Source: Candidatus Latescibacterota bacterium (GTDB taxonomy: Bacteria > Latescibacterota > UBA2968 > GCA-2709665). Taken from it: a DNA stretch of 64,000 nucleotides. The translations under genes and the position numbers were made by a program. The notes beneath the pieces are model-generated. The model saw only the letters and a list, made by a program, of their open reading frames with translations. It ran no database searches and had not been told where the DNA came from. Shown piece by piece: positions 58,926-64,000 of this stretch (position 1 is the first letter of the stretch; the number at the start of each line of letters is the position of its first letter). The DNA lies in NCBI GenBank assembly GCA_963667175.2, contig CAXXXF010000016.1, forward strand, positions 256,001-320,000, given 5' to 3'.

Positions 58926-61356
58926 CGATCGCCTCCTGACGTCTGACCCGCTGCCTCAATATCTCCAATGCCATCGAGACCTCCCGGTCGGCGGGCGTCA
59001 TCCGCAGGAGGAATTCCAGATCCGTGGCTGCGCCTTTAAGGTCTCCAGTACGTTCTCTGCACGCGGCCCTGTTAAAGAGGGCACGCTCGACGCCGACGTC
59101 GCTTTCGATCATCCGAGTATAGAGGACAGTTGCCGAATCGTAACGGCCTATTTGCATCTGCAGTTCCGCCACGGCGCCCAGACGCGTTTCTTCGTCGATC
59201 TGCTGTGAATCCAGCACCACGTTCAGCAACCGCTGCGTCTCCTCAGGTCGGTCCAATCGATGCATCAGTTCGGCCATCAACACGAACCCCTGCCAGTGCT
59301 CGGGCGGCAGCGCTCGCGCCTCGCAGAATTGCAGAATCTCGTATGCGCCGACGCGGTCACCCCGTTCGACCATCACTTCCGCGAGGTGAAAGAACACCGC
59401 CGGGTAATTGGCTAGCAGGTTCCGCGCGGTCCGATTGCGATGCACCGCCGGGTCCGGCACGCCTCGATACCGATAAAGGTCCAGCAAGTGCCTTCTGGTT
59501 TTCTGGACGTTAACCGGCGTGGCGTTTCGCCTCGACAGGCGAAACACCATGCCTTCCATTTCCAGGAAATCCTGCAGCCCCATCCTGTTGTCGACCGGCA
59601 CGGTCAACGCGAAATATACCGGTCTTTCCCACTGGTTCCAATCCACAATCTTCAATACCATGACATCCTGTACCCGCAATATCCTGCCGGGCATTCCCCG
59701 CACGGTCCATTTCAGCCCGGCCGCCTGAACGTCACGCGCCTCCGGCCAGAACCGCCCGGACTTTCTGATTGCCATCGGCGTATGGACCGTCAATACTTGA
59801 TCGATATAGTCGTCCGTATAACGAATGGAAACCTTCGGCGCCAGATCCCTCAACTGCTTGATATACCAGGGCGTATTCAGCAGGCTCAAGTTTACGACGC
59901 GGACGTCCTTTCGGAGCCCCATCACCTCCTGCTGGAACCATAGCGGAAAACTGTCGTTATCCGCGTTGGTAAACAGGATCGCGTCGGGATCGCAGGATTT
60001 CAGGATATTCGCCGCGTAGTCGTATGCAAAACGGTTCCCGGTCCGGTCGTGGGTCGGATAGAGGCTCGCGGCCAACCCGCCCGGCATCGCGAGCAGAAGG
60101 CAGGCGGCGGCAAATGCCGAGGCCCTGCCGCGAAGGCGGAACGCTCCGCGCATTACAGCCGACGCGCCGATGCCCATCCACACCGCAAACAATCCGAAGG
60201 ACCCCACGAAAACGTAGTCGCGCTCCCTCGGCTGCGGGTCTTCCATGTTGAGATAGACCGACAACCCGATGCCCGAAAGCAAAAAAAGCGAGGAAAGAGC
60301 CCAGAAGCGACCTCGGTCGCGGCGCCAGTGTTCCCACATGCCCCAGCATCCCAGGAGGTACGGCACGACTGAAATTCGAACTAGCTGTAGGTCGTGAGAA
60401 GTTGCCTGTCGGAACGCGTCCGACGTGAACCGCAGCCCCGGCGCCGGAAACTGCGCGACGAAGTACTTAATGTACATCGTCAGGATCTGGAAGTCCCAGA
60501 ATGGCGCCTTCCGATCGAATACACCCAGCAGCATACTTTCCGCACCGTATTGTTCGCGCGCGAGAAACCTGATGAAATTGGCCCACGTCTCCGGGTTGTT
60601 CTCGTCGATCATGGGATTCAGCCCCGACCGGATGTAGAGCGAGGCGTACGTCGAGTACCCCGCAACGAACAAGAGCGTCGCAGATGCCCAGATTCGCGGG
60701 TCTCGCAATATCCCGGGATTCCGAATCCAGATCAATACAAGCAACGTGGGCACGGTCAATAAACACAGCAGGTGCACGCCGCCCGCCAGGCCCATCAAAT
60801 AGGCGATGAACAACAGTATCCGGTGGAGGTCTCCGTCATCGGCGCGTTCCATCCATCTCAACCCAAGCCATAGGGACAGCGTCATCAGCATCGTGGAAAA
60901 TCCGTACACCTCGGTCTCTACGGCATTGTACCAGAAGGTGTCCGAAAACGCCAGCATCAGCGCGGCCACACTGCCCCCGATGGCACGGGACACACAGTGT
61001 GTACGCCCCTCGCCGCCTTCCCGACACAGCAGGATCAGCCGGACCGTGATCAGATATACGAACAATACCGCGAGCGCGCTCGTAATTGCCGAGATGAGAT
61101 TCATGGGAAACGCGGGGTCGTCGCCGACCGGCAACAACGTAAACAGACGGCCGATCAGCAAATAGAGCGGCGCGCCCGGCGGGTGCGGTATGCCCAGCGA
61201 ATACGCGCACGCGACGAATTCCCCCGAGTCCCAGAACGAGACCGTCGGGGCCGCGGTCCGGACAAACACCGCCAACGAAATCAGAAAGACGCCTGCGGCG
61301 CCCATCCGTATGAGACCGCGTCCGGCGGCCGGATCGTCTGAAAGTGGCCTGGTCAA
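58915..61356 (-). CDS. DUF2723 (TMEM260-like) GT-C membrane protein with C-terminal TPRs
   Basis: WDSGEF...IPHPPGAPLY, AVETEVY, REQYG, PRERDY and DNDSFPLW; TPR-like tail. Confidence 0.85.
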   Translation of the reverse strand: MTRPLSDDPAAGRGLIRMGAAGVFLISLAVFVRTAAPTVSFWDSGEFVACAYSLGIPHPPGAPLYLLIGRLFTLLPVGDDPAFPMNLISAITSALAVLFVYLITVRLILLCREGGEGRTHCVSRAIGGSVAALMLAFSDTFWYNAVETEVYGFSTMLMTLSLWLGLRWMERADDGDLHRILLFIAYLMGLAGGVHLLCLLTVPTLLVLIWIRNPGILRDPRIWASATLLFVAGYSTYASLYIRSGLNPMIDENNPETWANFIRFLAREQYGAESMLLGVFDRKAPFWDFQILTMYIKYFVAQFPAPGLRFTSDAFRQATSHDLQLVRISVVPYLLGCWGMWEHWRRDRGRFWALSSLFLLSGIGLSVYLNMEDPQPRERDYVFVGSFGLFAVWMGIGASAVMRGAFRLRGRASAFAAACLLLAMPGGLAASLYPTHDRTGNRFAYDYAANILKSCDPDAILFTNADNDSFPLWFQQEVMGLRKDVRVVNLSLLNTPWYIKQLRDLAPKVSIRYTDDYIDQVLTVHTPMAIRKSGRFWPEARDVQAAGLKWTVRGMPGRILRVQDVMVLKIVDWNQWERPVYFALTVPVDNRMGLQDFLEMEGMVFRLSRRNATPVNVQKTRRHLLDLYRYRGVPDPAVHRNRTARNLLANYPAVFFHLAEVMVERGDRVGAYEILQFCEARALPPEHWQGFVLMAELMHRLDRPEETQRLLNVVLDSQQIDEETRLGAVAELQMQIGRYDSATVLYTRMIESDVGVERALFNRAACRERTGDLKGAATDLEFLLRMTPADREVSMALEILRQRVRRQEAIDGH

Positions 61357-61507
61357 CCGTGTGTCCTCGATTTTGTCATTGGGAATCGCTCCAGTCCTTC
61401 AGACGCCGCCAGGCCGTATGGGTTCAATGCGCATCGGGGGAAAGTTCATCTCCATGGCATTCTGGTCCGGATTGCCGAGCCTCGTTCTCGACGTCCTCGC
61501 CCGACGT

Positions 61508-62905
61508 TTACGCGATGGCGCCCGTCCCCGAATCCTCGGGAGCTTCGATGACACGCATCGATTTCCACTTGCCGCCCCTGAACCGCATCATAAAGATCAA
61601 GCCGCCCGCAACAAGATAAAGGCTGATGAATACCCAGGCGAAGTAAAGACCCCACCCGAAAGTCACAACCGACAGGTAGGTCGGCAGGACCATCACAAAC
61701 CAGCCGAGCGCGACCGACGCAAACATGACAAACCGCGTATCTCCCGCGCCCTTCACGCCGGCCGAGAAGACGATATAAAGCGCATCGAACACGCAGTAGA
61801 ACGCAACAAACCGCAACAGGACGACGGATATTTCCCAGACCTGTTCGAACGTCTCGGGATCGGCGCCGGAAATATACGGCCGCAGAAAGAGACCCGGCGC
61901 GAAGACGTACCCTGCGGCCATCACCAGCATATACGCCAGGCTGAGATGCGCCGCCGACCAGGTGCTGCGTTCCGCCAGGTCCGCCCTGTCCTTGCCCAGG
62001 TATTGCCCAACGAGCGTTGAAACCGCGATACCCAGACCCATCATCGGCAGGAACGCGAGCGTATTGACGTTGAACGTCACACTCGTGGCCGCCAGCGCCG
62101 TCGTTCCCAGTTTGCCGACCAGCAGGATGAACATTGAAAAGCCCAGTATCTCCAGCATGAATTGAACGCCGTTCGGCAAACCGAAACGCACAAGCCTGCG
62201 CAACAACCCGCTTTCCGGCCGCCACCCGCTCAACGTGTGAAAGTCGCTTCGGTATCGGGGCCGCATCATCAGGATGAAGAACACAACTGGGATCAGGAGG
62301 TGCGATACGACCGACGCCCAGGCGGCTCCTCGAATGCCCCATTCGGGGAACCCCCAGTGGCCGAATATCCACGCATAGTCCAGGACGACGTTCAGCCCGT
62401 TCGCAAGTAAATTCACCCACAGGACCGTCCGTGTGTCCCCCCGCCCGCTGAAAAACGAGGAGATCGCAATCCCGGTGATCCCAAGCCCCATGAAGCACAG
62501 AATTCTGAAATATTCCGCCTCGAGCGCGCGTATCCGTGGCTCATGCCCGGCCCACTCGAAGAAATGAGCGGAAAACGGCATGAGACACAAAATGAGCACC
62601 CCGGAGACAAGTCCGACATATATCCCCTGCCACACCGCCGGGCCGATCCTGTCACACCGGTCCGCCCCCCAGTACTGGGCGACGAATGTATTCACATAGG
62701 CGACCGTACCGATGAAAAGACTCGAGAAGGTGAAGTGCAACATGCCCGCCGGCAGACTGGCCGCCAGTACGTCCCGGCCGTACCAGCTCAGGAATACCCG
62801 ATCCACGAAGATCTGCAGGCTCCACGACCCCGTGCTCAGAATGAGTGGCGCCGCCATTCGCAGCACGTCCCTGTAACCGCCCGGTTCATGCCAACGGGAA
62901 ATCAT
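61508..62905 (-). CDS. MATE family efflux transporter
   Basis: About 12 TM helices with duplicated halves (GRGDTR, GAGDTR), GIRGAAWAS and VGQYLG. Confidence 0.9.
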   Translation of the reverse strand: MISRWHEPGGYRDVLRMAAPLILSTGSWSLQIFVDRVFLSWYGRDVLAASLPAGMLHFTFSSLFIGTVAYVNTFVAQYWGADRCDRIGPAVWQGIYVGLVSGVLILCLMPFSAHFFEWAGHEPRIRALEAEYFRILCFMGLGITGIAISSFFSGRGDTRTVLWVNLLANGLNVVLDYAWIFGHWGFPEWGIRGAAWASVVSHLLIPVVFFILMMRPRYRSDFHTLSGWRPESGLLRRLVRFGLPNGVQFMLEILGFSMFILLVGKLGTTALAATSVTFNVNTLAFLPMMGLGIAVSTLVGQYLGKDRADLAERSTWSAAHLSLAYMLVMAAGYVFAPGLFLRPYISGADPETFEQVWEISVVLLRFVAFYCVFDALYIVFSAGVKGAGDTRFVMFASVALGWFVMVLPTYLSVVTFGWGLYFAWVFISLYLVAGGLIFMMRFRGGKWKSMRVIEAPEDSGTGAIA

Positions 62906-63137
62906 GGAAACCTCATCGGACCCGGGCATGGTCGTCAGCCCCCACACGCAACCTGAAAGACAGGATGCGCCGCCCCGAAGACGTGAAGACACATCGATGG
63001 ACGGCGATATGGGAGGGCGGTGCGGGCGGTCGCAACGTCTGAGCCATTTTTCTCTTGTCGGGCAATGACGCCGTTTGTAGATTCGCTGAACGGAACGGGC
63101 CGGCGAACGGACGATTTCACTTCCGGGGCCATGAGCG

Positions 63138-64000
63138 ATGATTTATGACGTCGTCATTATAGGTGGAGGCAGCGCGGGCTACGCCGCCGCTCGCGTCGCC
63201 GCCGACAACGGCGCCAGCGTCGCCATAGTCGACAAGGGTCCGCTCGGCGGCCTTTGCATCCTGCGCGGCTGCATGCCCTCCAAGACGCTGCTCCGCAGTT
63301 CGGATCTTTTGTCGCTGATGAAACGGGCCGGAGAATTCGGCCTGATCGCCCGCGAAATCGCGCCGGACCTGGCCGCCGTCAACGACCGAAAACGAAGGCT
63401 GGTGGACGAATTCGCAGCATACAGGGTTGCGCAGCTCAATAGCCCGAAATTCACTCTGTTAAAGGGACTGGCGCGGTTCGAATCGCCGAACACCGTTCGC
63501 GTTGGCAACGCGAGGGTCCGCGGACGGCGCTTTGTCATTGCCGTGGGTTCCGTTGTCAGCAAAGTCTCCGTTCCCGGGCTGAATGAAGCCGGCTTTCTCA
63601 CAAGCGACGACGTCCTGGAACTTCGGGAACTTCCCGAATCCGTCATCGTACTGGGAGGGGGCGCCGTCGCAACCGAACTTGGCCAGTTCCTTTGCCGGAT
63701 GGGGGCCCGGACCACGCTGATCCAAAGAAACAGCCAGTTGATCAGCGCCTGCGATCCGGACATGGTCCGCCCCGTGGAGACCCGCTTCAGAGAAGAAGGC
63801 ATGCAGATTTTCACCGGCGCCTCTCTCCAGCGTGTCACCAGAACAGGTCACCGTACCACTGTGCACTTCCTTCACCGCGGGGAGCCGCTTACAACTTCGG
63901 CCGAGGTAGTCTTCAATGCACTGGGACGCACGCCGGACCTCGCCGGTCTGGCGCTGGAACGCGCGGGCGTTGACGTCGCGAACGGACGAATCGTCGCCAG
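63138..64000 (+). CDS. class I pyridine nucleotide-disulfide oxidoreductase (LpdA/MerA-like; partial, runs off window end)
   Basis: Absent from the ORF track. Manual translation gives MIYDVVIIGGGSAGYAAA...GGLCILRGCMPSK, later GGGAVATE and ALGRTP. Confidence 0.9.
   Translation, partial: MIYDVVIIGGGSAGYAAARVAADNGASVAIVDKGPLGGLCILRGCMPSKTLLRSSDLLSLMKRAGEFGLIAREIAPDLAAVNDRKRRLVDEFAAYRVAQLNSPKFTLLKGLARFESPNTVRVGNARVRGRRFVIAVGSVVSKVSVPGLNEAGFLTSDDVLELRELPESVIVLGGGAVATELGQFLCRMGARTTLIQRNSQLISACDPDMVRPVETRFREEGMQIFTGASLQRVTRTGHRTTVHFLHRGEPLTTSAEVVFNALGRTPDLAGLALERAGVDVANGRIVA

Noticed and set aside
63138-64000. Possible mercuric reductase (merA)
   Set aside because: The C-terminal Cys pair is outside the window and no mer genes are adjacent; only a family-level call is supported.

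Overview
A 64-kb, GC-rich bacterial chromosomal window of about 48 genes. A cohesin/FlgD-Ig secreted protein, a DUF2723 protein, a PhyH-family enzyme, CehA/McbA paralogs, an Rpn gene and GTAG-REPs suggest an uncultured FCB-related lineage such as Latescibacterota-like; this taxonomy is inference only. Housekeeping content: tamA/tamB-like, clpB, a lysine riboswitch upstream of asd, mreBC, purN, galU, pcm, a ccsA-sirC-hemA-hemC-cobA/hemD tetrapyrrole operon, anmK, a GT2, DUF2723, a MATE transporter and a partial flavin-disulfide reductase. There are also many orphan catabolic enzymes. A visibly more AT-rich accessory stretch (~5.9-11.1 kb) carries an MNT-type nucleotidyltransferase, an ECF sigma/anti-sigma/mini-secretin-like operon, and an Rpn nuclease. 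The Rpn gene has a clear intragenic RBS+ATG and lies between two ~285-bp REP-bearing direct repeats. Other notable items are a duplicated UxaA-family enzyme with complementary motif loss, an active/pseudo CE7 esterase pair and a 160-bp MITE. No rRNA, tRNA or CRISPR array was seen. All calls come from motif recognition by eye; no database searches were run.
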